From: Mytilus trossulus
Lineage: Eukaryota
Length of the DNA stretch: 64,000 bases
Assembly: GCF_036588685.1 (NCBI RefSeq)
Contig: NC_086373.1
Location: forward strand, 98,580,001 to 98,644,000
Reading direction: 5' to 3'
The position numbers and the translations under genes are program-made. The notes beneath the pieces were generated by a model. That model did not search any database, was not told the origin of the DNA, and saw only the letters and a list, made by a program, of their open reading frames with translations. Each line of letters begins with the position of its first letter. Position 1 is the first letter of the stretch. Below, piece after piece: positions 42,601 through 63,291 of this stretch.

Positions 42601-45600
42601 ATTCACCTGAATATAAATATATTTTCAATCCGTTTAACATAAACTTTTAGTGGTAAATTTTATAATTATCATGAAACATGTAAACTATTAGTCACTTAAA
42701 GGTTTTTATATTATTCCTGTAAAAAAAATGTTGAAAATTTTGTCAAAAATCAACATTTTAAGTGTTTATATTAAACAAATAAAAACCTAATCAAAGTACT
42801 GAAGTACTGAAAATACAATGACCACAAGTTAGTTCTTGACAACCTCACAGTCTATCATATTGTAGTGATACAAATCAGTATACACTGGTTTGTTGTTATG
42901 TATTATATCACTCTATTCAACTAGTCAATAATTATAGTGCAATGTGTATGGTGGACAACCTTCTGAAATAATTTGATTTTCTAATAGATTGGATTTGAGT
43001 AAGCATTCATATTTCCAGCAAAACATTCTTGAGATATTCTCCTGTATGCTTTAAATAACACTTTTTTTCTGTACTTTAGTATAGATATTTATATCAATGA
43101 TTTTTTTACTTATAAATATATATATTTTTAACCACAAAAAATATTAATTTTCAAATGTAAGTTCTAAAAAAATAATTCTATGAGTATTCATTGAAGAGAT
43201 GAATTTATAACAAGCGATAAGGAATGTTATTTTGCACTTGATAATGTCCACCTATTTATAGATTGAATACCAGTTAAACAAGAACAAGAGTGCACACACT
43301 GAAATGTCTTGCCTTCTTTACTAATCATTGATATTATGTTGATAGTCCTAATAATAAAGCTTTATTACAACTGTCACATAAACTTAACATAAACCAAGAA
43401 AAACTAAACATTGACCTTTGAACCATGAAAATGAGGTCAAGGTCAGATGAACCATGCCAGGTAGGCAAATACAGCAAACAATTCTTCCATACAGCAAATA
43501 AAATTGACTTATTGCTTATACTTAAAGAAAAACAGACCAAAACACAAAAGCTTAACACTGAGCAATGAACCGTTAAAAATGAGGTCAAGGTCAAATAAAA
43601 CCTGCGTGACTGAGTGACATGTAGATCATGAAATATTTCTATACACCAAATATAGTTGATCTATTGCATATAGTATTAGAAAAAAAGGCCAAAACTCAAA
43701 ATTTAACTTTGACCACTGAACCATGAAAATGAGGTCAAGGTCATATGACACCTGCCAGGTAGACCTGTACACCTTACAACCATTCCATACACAAAATATA
43801 GAAGACCTATTGCATAAAGTATAAGAAAAACAGACCAAAACACAAAAACTTAACTATAACCACTGAACCATGAAAATGAGGTCAAGGTCAGATTACACAG
43901 TTGGACATGTACACCTTACAGTGCTTCCATACACAGACCTGTACTAGACCTATTGCTTATAGTATCTCAGATATGGACTTGACCACCAAAACTTAACATT
44001 GTTCACTGATCCATGAAATGAGGTCGAGGTCAAGTGAAAACTGTCTGACGGGCAAGAGGACCTTGCAAGGTACGCACATACCAAATATAGTTATCCTATT
44101 ACTTATAATAAGAGAGAATTTAACATTACAAAAAATCTTAACTTTTTTTTCAAGTAGTCACTGAACCATGAAAATGAGGTCAAGGACATTGGACCTGTGA
44201 CTGACGGAAACTTCGTAACATGAGGCATCCATATACAAAGTATGAAGCATTCAGATCTCCCATCTTCTAAAATATAAAGCTTTTAAAGCTAACACCGCTG
44301 CCGCCTTAGCCGCATCACTATCAGTCTTCACGCTGAACTTCCAGATCTACAGGCCCGGTATCGGGATTGTTCGCCCTAATTACATGTTCGCCCTAGGTTC
44401 GTTCGCACTGAGTTTGTTCGCCCTGGTGTTCCGTTCGCCCTGAGTTCGTTCGCCCTATTCTCATTAATGATATGTATATGTTACATTAATGAAAGAAATG
44501 CATATTTACATTAAAATTTATGTTTATCTATTAAAAGCTGAATACAGAATATTAATTAAATAAAATTCGGGTTGGCTGCTACATTGATACACTTTATTTT
44601 ATAATTACTTTTAATTACTGTTGATTGAATTTTGATTGCTGATTAGGTATAATTTGAAATTCTTTGATATCACTGATTGTTATATGAATTGTCTTTGAGG
44701 GATTAATAATGAAAATAAAAATTTTCTCAAATAAAATAGTCAGCTTGGATGGGTAAAAACACTGATGTACAAATTGTTAGACATGAAAGGGAAATTATTT
44801 TCGCAGCTTGGCTTCTTTGATCTCAGTGTGTTTTGACAAATTTGGTATATATGGAATTGGATTATGGAACCGGTGCATTATTCCATAAACTATGGAAGTG
44901 TACATGTGTATTTCGTGTGACAGAGAGGTCCGACCTATTCAACATGCAGTATCATGTGACGTATGTGAGAGATGGCAGCATAGATTGTGTGGCACTGGTA
45001 AGTGTTTCAATTGATAAATATATAAAATTTTGTGCAACTATCATCAGGATCTATAGGAAGATGTGGTGTGAGTGCCAATGAGACAAATTCAATCCAAATA
45101 GCAATTTATAAAAGTAAACCATTATAGGTCAATGTACGGTCTTCAGTATATATCCATATATATAATTAATGAACTTAAATAAATATATTAGGATAAAATA
45201 AGACAATATATATATATAACTACGTTAGTATGAATGTTTTCTCATATTTAGTATTATGTTCTAGTACAAGTAGATTTATATATAAAATTATTATCAATCA
45301 CGGTAATGGTCACTCCTTCTTAGTTATTTGTTTTATATTGATGTTTTAAATTATATTGTTCACATGTGATAATATTTATAATATCAAATTTCAATTTTCA
45401 GTATAACTTTTCAAGCTTACAAAGACGCCAGACATGGCAATGACCTACAGTTATATCCATAAGAAGTACACCATCCTGGAAGAGAAGATCCAGACGGCAT
45501 GGGACCAGTACATGGGCAATGTCATCACAACAACACACTTTTTGAAAGTGATTGCCAAACTGTACAAGCCGTCCGACAACCATGCCAAATACTTTGAATC

Positions 45601-46830
45601 CACAGAACCTTATCCTGGTAGCAGAAAGACAACATAATAACTTTACATACAAATTAATAGTTAAGTCTTCAGTTGTTTTACATTAAAAAAATACAATGTA
45701 GTGCTGAATTTTCGAGACACTTATTTCCCAGAAGCAGCAACACGTAATACATCATAAGTAAATATTCAGTGAATTTAAACAGACTTCAAAATATGCAATT
45801 ACATACAAATAGTTGAGTCTTCAGTTGTTTTACATTTAAAAATACAATGTAGTGCTGAAATTCACAAAAACTAATTTCCTAGTAACGTATTTACATACAG
45901 ATACTAACTTAGTTCTCAATACCTTGAAGTCAAAATATCTTGTAGTCCTGAAATTTACAGGAATATATAACCTAGCAGCAGCTAGCTGTAGACAACACAA
46001 TACATCGTAAATATTCGGCGAAATTGTAGACTGACTTCAACATATTCAATGAAATACACACAACACAACACTGTAATAAAAAATAAAAATCAGGGCGAAG
46101 GTACCCAGGGCGAACAGGTATCAGGGCGAACGGTCTCAGGGCGAAATGGAACTAGGGCGAACAGTAACTAGGGCGGACGGACCCGGATTCTACAGGCCCG
46201 CAGCTCAATTTTTGAAATTTTTTAGTTAGATTCTGTTGGCCTGTAGGTCTGATTTTTACAGGCCCGAGAGCAATTTTACCAGCCTAGGCTGCCTGGGCTG
46301 CCACTCGGCGTGAAGACTGCACTATCCCTATGTCGAGTTTCCTGCGACAAAAGTCGCAGGCTCGACAAAAATCACTGAGGCGACAACACAAAATGAACAA
46401 CTGAACAATACATCCGACCGCATGTCCTCACAGTCATCATGATATAAAATCAATAGGACATTGTTCAACTCTTGAGGTCCCTCATGGGGGTGTCTAAGTA
46501 ATCACAAAATCACATTTTTTTTATCAATGTGTAATCACATAATCATTAATTATTTTTTAAACAATATAAGCTGATAAACAATGAAATAACCCAAACCAAT
46601 CCTAAATTATTTAAAATGATTATGAATTATTTGGTCTGGTTAACAAATAAAATAAAAAGTAATCACATAATCAAAAACCCAAATGTAAACAAACAGGAAT
46701 CTGTCAGGAATATGACAAATTTTTGTAACATCGACATTTTCTGAATTTTTGTCATACGTACCTGTTCCGGTTTTTTCTTTACTCTAACAAGCTCGTCTCT
46801 TCTAGGAATGGTTCCTCCATCGCATCCCAT
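33689..46830 (-). CDS. RTF2: Replication termination factor 2 (RTF2/RTFDC1), 314 aa; exons 46830-46762, 42084-41990, 41561-41471, 39493-39357, 37860-37782, 37447-37334, 34239-34188, 33996-33689
   Basis: Diagnostic N-terminus MGCDGGTIPRRDELVR, then CELGRLYNKESILEFL, YICPVVGLEMNG, WSCGCVMSERALKE, CHKCGKP and C-terminal YKSLF...AHWVT. All junctions are GT-AG and in frame. Confidence 0.95.
34604..35517 (-). mobile_element. Internally deleted hAT-like DNA transposon, 14-bp TIR CAGGGGTTAAAAAA, 5-bp TSD CTTGT, with a frameshifted transposase N-terminal remnant
   Basis: TIRs at 34604 and 35504-35517 with CTTGT on both sides. Minus strand from 35047 reads MQQNISTYFTT...KRK, then after a frameshift in a 10-nt A run ...KRKRTFIATWNERFPW, resembling the start of a TTF-type zinc finger. 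Confidence 0.7.
35532..36660 (-). mobile_element. HINE-like element family A, third copy (two ~502-bp units, internal deletion) in RTF2 intron 6
   Basis: Same termini; units begin near 35608 and 36110. Confidence 0.85.
38073..39356. repeat. 36-bp minisatellite, ~35 copies, RTF2 intron 4
   Basis: Unit TACTAAATACCATGTTTTGTTAAACATAGTTTTACC; produces the spurious KYHVLLNIVLPT repeat ORFs. Confidence 0.95.
39846..40384. repeat. Second array of the same 36-bp minisatellite, ~15 copies, RTF2 intron 3
   Basis: Same unit and same ~40-bp left flank as the first array. Confidence 0.95.
40780..41435 (-). mobile_element. HINE-like element family B, third copy, RTF2 intron 3
   Basis: GGGTTCCGCGGAACCC ... 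AGTCGAAGGCTCGACAAAAA termini; ~190-bp units. Confidence 0.8.
44322..46319. mobile_element. ~155-bp MITE (TIR CAGTCTTCACGC, 6-bp TSD CACTAT) split by the MULE insertion
   Basis: CACTAT|CAGTCTTCACGC at 44316-44333 and GCGTGAAGACTG|CACTAT at 46308-46325. Confidence 0.8.
44357..46190 (+). mobile_element. Non-autonomous MULE (Mutator-like) element with TTCGCCCT subterminal repeats, 9-11 bp TSD and a transposase C-terminal remnant
   Basis: TACAGGCCC is duplicated at 44348-44356 and 46191-46199. About six GTTCGCCCT motifs on the left are mirrored by AGGGCGAA on the right. 45434-45637 encodes KKYTILEEKIQTAWDQYMGNVITTTHFLKVIAKLY, resembling invertebrate MULE transposase C-termini. Confidence 0.75.
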
Positions 46831-47463
46831 GTTTCTTGAATATATAATATGATGACAAAATAGGCCACAAATAATCCACAAATAAGCAGCGAAAAGGGAG
46901 GTCAGTCAGATTTCCTTTTTAGTTTCGGATGAATTTCGGTAATCAAATATTATCCATATATTAAACAATTGAATAAAAATACATTTTTTTTATAATTTCA
47001 CTGATGCCCCAATGATCTTTACGGGTCCTTAATTTTAGTCATGTATGGCCTGTTTTTATTTTCGTATGTACACTGTAAAAGTTGACACGACAGCGGACGA
47101 GACAGGTGCTTGTGCCTTAGTTTTGTTAAAAAAAAGTAGGTACTTCATAACGTTATCTGAATGATAATAAAACACTGTTCAGCTTTAAATCTTGCATTTA
47201 TGAATCTTACATTTAACATTTATTCTTTTTATAATGTCCTGTTTTCTTCCTCTTTTGCTAAAACAATTGAAACGTTAAGCCTTTAGGAAGTAAAAATGAG
47301 TGAAAACGATAGTAGATCCTACATGCAACGAAATTATTAAGAATGACTAGAGCACTTCACACAAGATGTAATGATTTATCACTTATATGCTTGAGTATCA
47401 TTATCCTCTTAAAATGTGTGTGTACTAAGTGGCCCACCATTACCAATCCCAAGGACAATACAG

Positions 47464-47626
47464 CTTATGGCTATTTGTACGACATTGCTGGATTTCACAC
47501 AGGTTCCTGTAAAATTTTGACGTCATGAAACAAAGTATCTGCAGCCACAATGGAAAAGTGATTGTTGTGTGACGTCAAAACTTACAAAAGTTCAAGCCGC
47601 CGGGTTAGCCAGGAATAACAATAAGG
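47464..47626 (+). mobile_element. Second copy of the 7706-7866 TIR repeat, with two TGACGTCA palindromes
   Basis: Sequence similarity to 7706-7866; TGACGTCA at 47518-47525 and 47570-47577. Confidence 0.6.
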
Positions 47627-48777
47627 TGTATACAACAGTACTAGTCATGCTAGTCAGTAGATACTGGTTGCGTAACTAAAATGACTCAGCAACTAGGTTG
47701 GGAACCACTTGAACACAGGATTGCTAGGAACAGCTAATTGTACATACATGACTGTTTTTAGCTGTTCGCTCGTATTGGAGTATATACACTCAAAAATGAG
47801 TCCACTCCTTGACGGGAAGATAGATAGATAGATAGATACATTATCGAGTGCTGTATTCTGTGGTTGTAAATGTATCCATACTCACAAGCTAAACCTGCTA
47901 GAACACCTTAGCCGTAAATTGTGTTTTTCTTTGCAAGTAAACAGAAATATTTTCTAATAGCTTTGCCTAGTAGCGATAGAAAGGGATTTACATTATTAAG
48001 GGCAGCCTCCCCTCTGTAAAGTAATGTTCCTAAACAAAATACAATTAAATAGAAGAATTGTGAATTATATTCTTCTCTGTTTACTGGAGGTGGTCCATAT
48101 ATAGGACAGATCGACTAAAAGAAAAGGCAAGATAGCAAGTAGAAATTAAGATACTAACCTGGGAGTCACAGAATAAAAATAAAATAGCATTTCAAGACGT
48201 CTGAATTCATTGAACTAGAATAACATGGAATGGATACTAGTAACACAAACTATCATTGAATTTGAACTGACATAATTTTCTGGTTTTCAACTCTATCAAT
48301 TGAAATATCAAGCTAACAGTTGGCAATGGAGCCAGACTGGTTTGTCTCATATACTTGTACAAATATTAAAACTAGGATGCCTTGAAAGGCTATCTTATTT
48401 TTATCTCTGATGTCTTCCTTGGGAGACAGAAACAAAATTAACATATTCTTCAAAAGCAGTAGTTTATTTATTAATTTCACCTGTGTTTAACAATAAATAT
48501 GTACATGATTCATGTTATTGGTTATTTCAGAACATTACAACTTTAACTTGAAGGTTTTGGCTATATTTCAAGATAACATTGGCCATCAAGTTCCAAGTTT
48601 CAACTTGGCTACACTATTGCAACTACTTGCACCCTTACCTTTGAGAATTTGTCACTCATGTCTGACAGATTTTACCAACTAGTAACTTGTATTGTACAGA
48701 AATGAGTGCAAGATGCAAATTATAAAAAAAAATCCCTTACATTGTATTATAGATTGTGTATTTTTTATTTACAGAAA

Positions 48778-56568
<7,791 letters not shown>

Positions 56569-58965
56569 CACATAAATTTGTTAGCAAACCCTAGGTGCTA
56601 GAAGCTAGGACAATTATCTGTGATCATAAGGGGAATGATTTCTCATGTAGTCTAGGTTTAATTTGGTATTAATTTAATGGTTAGTGTTCATTGGAAGTAC
56701 AAATGTTTCAGTGTATCTTCATGGGAGAAAATGTAGAATAGCTGTAACTATAGTCATATGTAACCTGGGAAACTTCTTGTAGTCATAGTTAGGGACAAAA
56801 ATAATCTTTAATTTGGGATCTCTTAACTTAAATAATTTGCTAACAAAATTGTATGGGCTTTTATGTTTAATAATTATGAAAGTATTACTATTATTCCCCA
56901 CTTTAAGACATGTGACAAGTTGACACAAATGGATGATAGTTACTTTTTTTTTATAAAACATTTATGTATTAATTGAGGGCTTCCTTAACTTGTTATATTC
57001 CATTTGCAACCAATTATTATATTTCAATCACAGTTATTAACCATGATTTCAGTATTGAGGTATGCATATATATATACTAACATTGTTTTGTAAACTGGTT
57101 TTAATTTAACAGAAATATATTATGTGATATTATATTTTGTTCCTATGTAAATGTATATGAATACAAGTCCTAACCAATCTAGCTTAGTGTCATGTTTGTT
57201 GACAATCAGTTTATGTATGTTATCACTTCATGAAGTCCCTATTTTATTAATTTGGGGGTTTATGTGTCTTATCCTTGGTTTTGGGATATTTCAGTCCCTC
57301 TTTACATTTTTTTGTTCCAAAATTTCTGTTTTATTGAATGTATATTTCTTTATTTTTTCCGTCCCTCTGAAATTTGTTCCGATATGAAGACCTTTATTAC
57401 AGATCTAATTTTTTGAAACTCTTAAAGTCTGTCTTTTTATGTTTCTTTAAGATTGGACAAGCATTATGACATTTCCTGCAACTATCATACTTACCCAAAT
57501 TTGATGCAACTTTTTTATGCAATGTTATCAAAAATTTAAGATTTGTTTTCTTGCTGGTACGCTCTGTAACTATTGATTATTACCAACTGTCTAACTGGAA
57601 ATATGTTTTTTTTTTTTTTTTTTAAATAATTGAAGGTTTGTTAAATCTACGCTAATTCTCAACGATAGTATTGTTGTTAAAGGTTCACAAAATTGATATA
57701 CAAATAAATAATATGAATATCTGACAACTAACAAACTTAATATTTTAACCACTATTGTTTACAATCTGTTAGAATTATTTGTAGCAGACAACAACATGTC
57801 ACAAGGAAAAATCATTATTGCTGATTAACATAAAATTATGACTAAAAACTTCTCATTGTTTTATTTATATTTTTTCATTTAGAAATTTTTATTATAAGTG
57901 ACATGTCTACTAGTAAATAGTGCCCTATGATAATCGCTCTGTCTGTTTGTCTGCATTTTCACATCATAGTGAAGTCAAGATTGCTTCAATGATGTCCTTC
58001 ATTTTTATACACAATATGAAACCCTGTAAAAGGTGGAATTTGGTCAAAACTTAGTCATTTGTTATAAGATCAATTTTGAGACAGATCTTTTTGTTCTTGG
58101 ATTTCAACTAAAATTGGTATACAGCAATAATTTTAATAAGCTATTTGAAAATGATATGCAGGTACCAAAAATATTAAAAAATTCTGTAATTAACTAATTT
58201 CCTGTTAAAAAAAATCACAAATTGAGAAATGATCTTAGGCTCAAGAAAAAAATTATAACAATGATTTTCAGTGTCAAAATAGGTTGAAAAGTTAATTATT
58301 GAGACGGATTTCAAGGAAAATTCACATCAGTATAACTTGCATTTCAATTTGATTTTTTTGCCTGAGGTCAAAATTATTGTTAAACACTTTTGTTTTTTCG
58401 GTATGTTAAAATTTTGAGACACCTATGTTTTTTGCTTGGATTTGATATGATATTCCAAATTAATTCCTTGTGTTCAAAATTGTAGGTTGCTCTCCATTTG
58501 GCTGCAAAAATACATGAAGTTTGGATTTTAACAATTTTTTTATTTATGAGGAACACATCCTGATCAAATTCTTTACATTAAAATTGATACCCAATGAATA
58601 TGAATAGTTTTGTTTGCTTCAGTATTAATTATTGGATTTTGTGGCTCACACAAAAGGGTGCAAGAGGAGTATTTGCTGTCATTAACTTAAAACTTTGTAC
58701 ACATGTTCATTATAAAGTGAAATTTCAAATATATATGACATGTATATGCAAAATTAGGGTTGTGACAAAGATTTCAGAGTTCACTGAATAATGATACAAG
58801 ATAGTGTGACTTGAGTTTTGTGTCCTATGGACACATATTCTTGGTTGTTTTTTTCTTAGTTTTGTGCATTTGAGAGACAAATGTTTTACTGTAGCTTGGT
58901 TTGTCTATTTTAATCAAAACTTTTCCATATTTTGATAGTAATTATACTTACTGATAAATGTACAA

Positions 58966-59183
58966 TACTGTGGATTCATTTATTTTCGTGGGTACCAGTT
59001 TTCTGTGGATTTAATATAGAAATTTTACATGTTCGTGGTTATTTAATTTCGTGGTTTTGCAAAAATCTGCATACAATCCTATAGACATTTTTTTTATTCG
59101 TTGAACATTTAGTTTCGTGATTCACCTTTACCCACGAAATCCACTAAAATTGGTATCCTACGAATAATACTGAATCCACAGTA
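58966..59183. mobile_element. TA-flanked MITE (Tc1/mariner-like), TIR TACTGTGGATTCA
   Basis: TACTGTGGATTCA ... TGAATCCACAGTA with internal TTTCGTGG repeats. Confidence 0.7.
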
Positions 59184-60231
59184 CTCAAACATTTTTTGGG
59201 GGCAAACTTTACATATTTAATGATAACATTTAATACACATTCATTTTCTTTTTAATACTTCCTTTTTATATGTCAGATATAGCTTTAATACACCAGCTCT
59301 ATTACACCAGTTATGAATTATACTAAATGTTTTGTTATGAAATGCGTTTATTGATTTGCCAGTTTTGTTTTGAACGACCACCAAGTTATGCAATTATATG
59401 GATATTTTGTTATTATAGTATGGGATACATTATTCTAGTATATTATATTGGGATACATTATGTTATTATAGTATATGGAGACATTGTGTTATTATATAGT
59501 AAAGGGATACTATATTTTTGTTTTCTGTTGGACATTAGTGTTTCAGGTGCATAAGCAAAAATGTTCTGTAATATAGATTAAAATATTTGTAATTTGGCAT
59601 TAACCCGGAAACTTACCAAGTTTTATTCAATATTATTTTTCATGGTAATCTCAAAAAGGAAGTTTTTTATATTCCTGTCATAGATTGGATGTATTATGGT
59701 TTACTGTTTATAATCAATGATATATAATAAATAATCATAATCATGTTATTCAGGGTGTTTGCTATTCAGGTTTTTTTTTTTTCTTCTATATTGTGGAGCC
59801 TGGCTTGTGTTTTCCTAGGATAAATATTGTAATGCTTCACTCTGTATCTTATGTAGCTCCTCTTGTGTTTTCCTAGGATAAATATTGTAATGCTTCATTC
59901 TGTAACACCTGTAATTTTTTATATTTCTTTGAATCTTCTTTATCAAAAACATGTCTGGTCAAATATTTGAAAATTGATTTATTTCATCAACAAAAATTCA
60001 TGTAGTTTAATGTTCATTTCATCCGTTAGATAAAGATAAAATTTGTTTGTCAGGAGTTTGAATTTGAATGATTATATGACACACAAAAAGTTACAAAGGC
60101 ATACATAAATTTTCCATTTCATTTACTGCTAGTTATTATATATTTTTTTTAAAATCATCTAATAAAATGTAATATATTTTTTTATTTGAGCAGCAAACAC
60201 CCTACATATTGCTATAAAGATAACTATTTAA

Positions 60232-60620
60232 GGATGTCTGCTGCTCTAATTTAAAATAACAAGGATTTCATGTGGTTGCTTAAAATGAAAACAACTTTGA
60301 TATTTAAACAAAATAAAGTGATAAAATCATTAGTCTCGTGTGTAGTTTTCAAAATACGAGACATTTAGAAAATGGCGGGAAAAGGGTTTTCTTCAGACTT
60401 TACTATTTGTTAACATTGGAATTGTTTTTTACCCTTTAAACCAAGAAAAAATAACAAGGATTTCATGCCGCCGGATCCCTAAATCTTAAATGATCTATTG
60501 AACAGATTTATGAAGACAAAAGTGGGGTGTCGTGTAAAAAAATTTAATACATTTGGATGGATAAAACCTGAGAAAATCGAAAATATGACAAGAATTCAAA
60601 AACATGACCAGCAGACATCC
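60232..60620. mobile_element. TTAA-flanked non-autonomous element with GG..CC termini (Kolobok-like)
   Basis: TTAA|GGATGTCTGCTG ... CAGCAGACATCC|TTAA. Confidence 0.7.
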
Positions 60621-61314
60621 TTAAATAATTCTACTAGAAAATGCTTGTTCAAGAGAAATTCTGCCTTACAATGAAAGATTATTTTAGTTACAGATTCTAA
60701 TAAAAGTCATTGATAAATTAGTTTCTTGTTTATTGAAATGTAAACTGGAACACACCCTTAACATTCAGGTCTGTGATTGAACTAATGTACTTGCGTCTTA
60801 TTTATTTCCTGGAATTTTTACTATTCATATTGTCATTTGATCAAGTCATGCTGATTATAAGGTGCACAGTTTTTCTTGCTTTCAAAATCTGTCTGTTTGA
60901 AACCGTCCCGGTTTTCTCCCTTCAATATAGGTAGATGTATGATACTCAAGATAGCAGAGGGAAGAAAAAAAAGAAGATAAATTAAAACTAGAATGTGACA
61001 TATACTGTTGGTATTGGTATCAGATTCAACACATAACTTGTTCATTATTGGAAATGTTAATTATGTGGAAAATAAAAGGGCCTGAAAAGTTGTAATATTT
61101 AATCTACACCATTGTCCTATACAGCATGCCAGCTAAAGAATTTGACCTTGTTCTTTTAGTAGTATAGATAGCTTGGACTGCAACAAATCATTAGTTTGAG
61201 CACTGTGTTTTTCCTTCATTATACTGAACCTTGATATTTAGAACTATCAAAATATTATAAGCCTACAAAGATTCGAGAGACAATACTTTCACAAATTGTT
61301 GAATCGGGTTATGT

Positions 61315-61930
61315 TTTTTAGCTTAACTGGCCCTCTGAAACTACTGAGATAAATTCAAACAAACTTGGACACAATCATCATTGGGGTATCTTGTTTAAAA
61401 TATGTGTTAGATGCCCCTGCCTTCCAACCAACATGGCAGATTTTGGCTTATATAAGTATCCCTGAAACTAAAGCATATATATAGCAAATCTGACAATAGG
61501 TAAACATGTGTATCAGGTTAAAATCTATCTGCCCTGAAATGTTCAGACTCTAATTGGGTTGATGCCCCTGATTTGGTAACTTTAAGAAAATTATGCAGTT
61601 TTTGATTATTACGGGTATCTTGAATATTATTATAGACAGAGATAAACCTAAAACAGCAATAATGTTCAGCAAAGTAAGATCTACAAAAGTCGACATGAAA
61701 AAAATGGTCAATTGACCCCTTGAGGAGTAATTGATCTTTATAGTAATTTTTTATCAATTTTTTCAAGTATTGTTATCTTAGAAAAAAAATTCTCATCTGA
61801 AACTTCTTAAACAATTTTAACCACAATCATCATTAGGGTATATAGTTTTCAAGTGAAGTCTGATGACCCAGCCTACAAAACAACATGGCAGACATGGCTA
61901 ATAATAGAACATAATTGTAAAATGCAAGGT
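61315..61930 (+). mobile_element. Old degenerate family A HINE fragment, opposite orientation to the full copies
   Basis: Reverse-complement matches to the 500-bp unit, e.g. AAACAGCAATAATGTTCAGCAAAGTAAGATCTACAAA. Confidence 0.7.
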
Positions 61931-62257
61931 TTTTTTTTTTACTTAAACCTTCTTGAGAAAATATAGAAAGGACCAAAAAATATTCAAAAAAATTCGCTCT
62001 ACCATTTGTCCTTATACCTCAAAACTGTTGAAACTGTGATGAATTTGTAGAAAAAAAATCAAATCCAATGTAAACATGTTTCAGGTGAATACCATATGAC
62101 ATATTCTTATTGTTATATATACTAGTAATATATTTATAAAATGAAGAATATGAATAAATGCTCTTAAAATTTAAAACTACTACATTTAGGAATACATAGA
62201 TAATAGAGGTAAAGGGGGCTGGTTGAGATCTTACAAAACACATTAAACCCTGCTGCT

Positions 62258-62588
62258 TTTTATACGACCGCAAACAATTTAATTTTTTGGTCGTATATTG
62301 GTATCACGTTGGCGTCGTCGTCTGCATCGTCGTTGTGTTATTTCTTCAACAATTTTTGAGAGGATTAATATTCAACAGCAAAGTGAATTGCTCAAAGACA
62401 AACAAAAAATTTTAAGTTCATTAGACCACATTCATTCTGTGTCAGAAACATATGCTGTGTCAACTATTTAATCACAATCCAAATTTAGAGCTGAATCCAG
62501 CTTGACTGTTTTGTCCATACTTGCCCCAACCGTTCAGGGTTCAACCTCTGCGGTCGTATAAAGCTGCGCCCTGCGGATCATCTGGTTT
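62258..62588 (+). mobile_element. Short HINE-like element family D with both ends, inserted in a T-run of another repeat
   Basis: subTIRs TATACGACCGCA (62261) and TGCGGTCGTATA (62549), (GTC)n microsatellite, 3' stem-loop-like sequence. Confidence 0.7.
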
Positions 62589-62894
62589 GCACATGTTCCA
62601 AGTCAGGAGCCTCTGACCTTTGCAAGTCTTGTAAAAATTTTAATTTTTTAGTTTATTTATTAGTTTTTGAGTTAAGTTTGACGTCCATTTTCATTTTTGT
62701 TTAGAGGCCAGCTGAAGCCTGCTGTGTTGAAGACTATTGGTGGCCTTCAATTTTTTTCTGCTCTTTTGTCAGGTTGTTGTCTCTTTGACATTCCCCATAT
62801 ACATTTTCAATTTTTCATACGATTTACTCAAACAATTAAGGGTTTTAAATAAACACCTTTTCAGGGCGCTTCTCCTTTCTATATATCTATTAAA

Positions 62895-63094
62895 GAGGGG
62901 GGATAGGACCTTTATCGGGACTCCGGGATTGGGTGTTTTTAAGCTCGGGATTTCGGGATTGACCCTTTCGGGATCCGGGAATTCTTTATTCGAATTTCGG
63001 GACCTCGGGATTTCGTGTTTTTAAGTCCGGGATTTCGGGATTTTATGTTTTTAAGCTCGGGATTTCGGGATCAGGACCCCTCCTATCCCCCCTC
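62895..63094 (+). mobile_element. 200-bp MITE, perfect 14-bp TIR GAGGGGGGATAGGA, 6-bp TSD ATTAAA, internal CGGGATTT repeats
   Basis: ATTAAA|GAGGGGGGATAGGA ... TCCTATCCCCCCTC|ATTAAA. Confidence 0.85.
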
Positions 63095-63291
63095 ATTAAA
63101 GTTTTCACAATAATAGACAAAACTGAAAATAATTGATAAAACTGGACATTTAAGGCCAATAACTGCCATATGAAGTAGTCTAACAGTGTGTTGGTATACA
63201 TGGATAGTTGTTAGATCTCAACATTCTTAACGTATCTGTTCACTTCAGATTTTCTCTTACAAAGTAGTTTTCATGGTAATAGACAAAACTT

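Larger units (their letters stand above)
43283..46370 (-). mobile_element. HINE-like element family C (~6 x ~150-bp units), interrupted by nested insertions
   Basis: CCATGAAAATGAGGTCAAGG-like motif at ~43423, 43570, 43721, 43868, 44011 and 44166. The GCC microsatellite is at ~44300, while the terminal hairpin CCTGCGACAAAAGTCGCAGG plus CTCGAC is displaced to 46341-46366. Confidence 0.75.
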
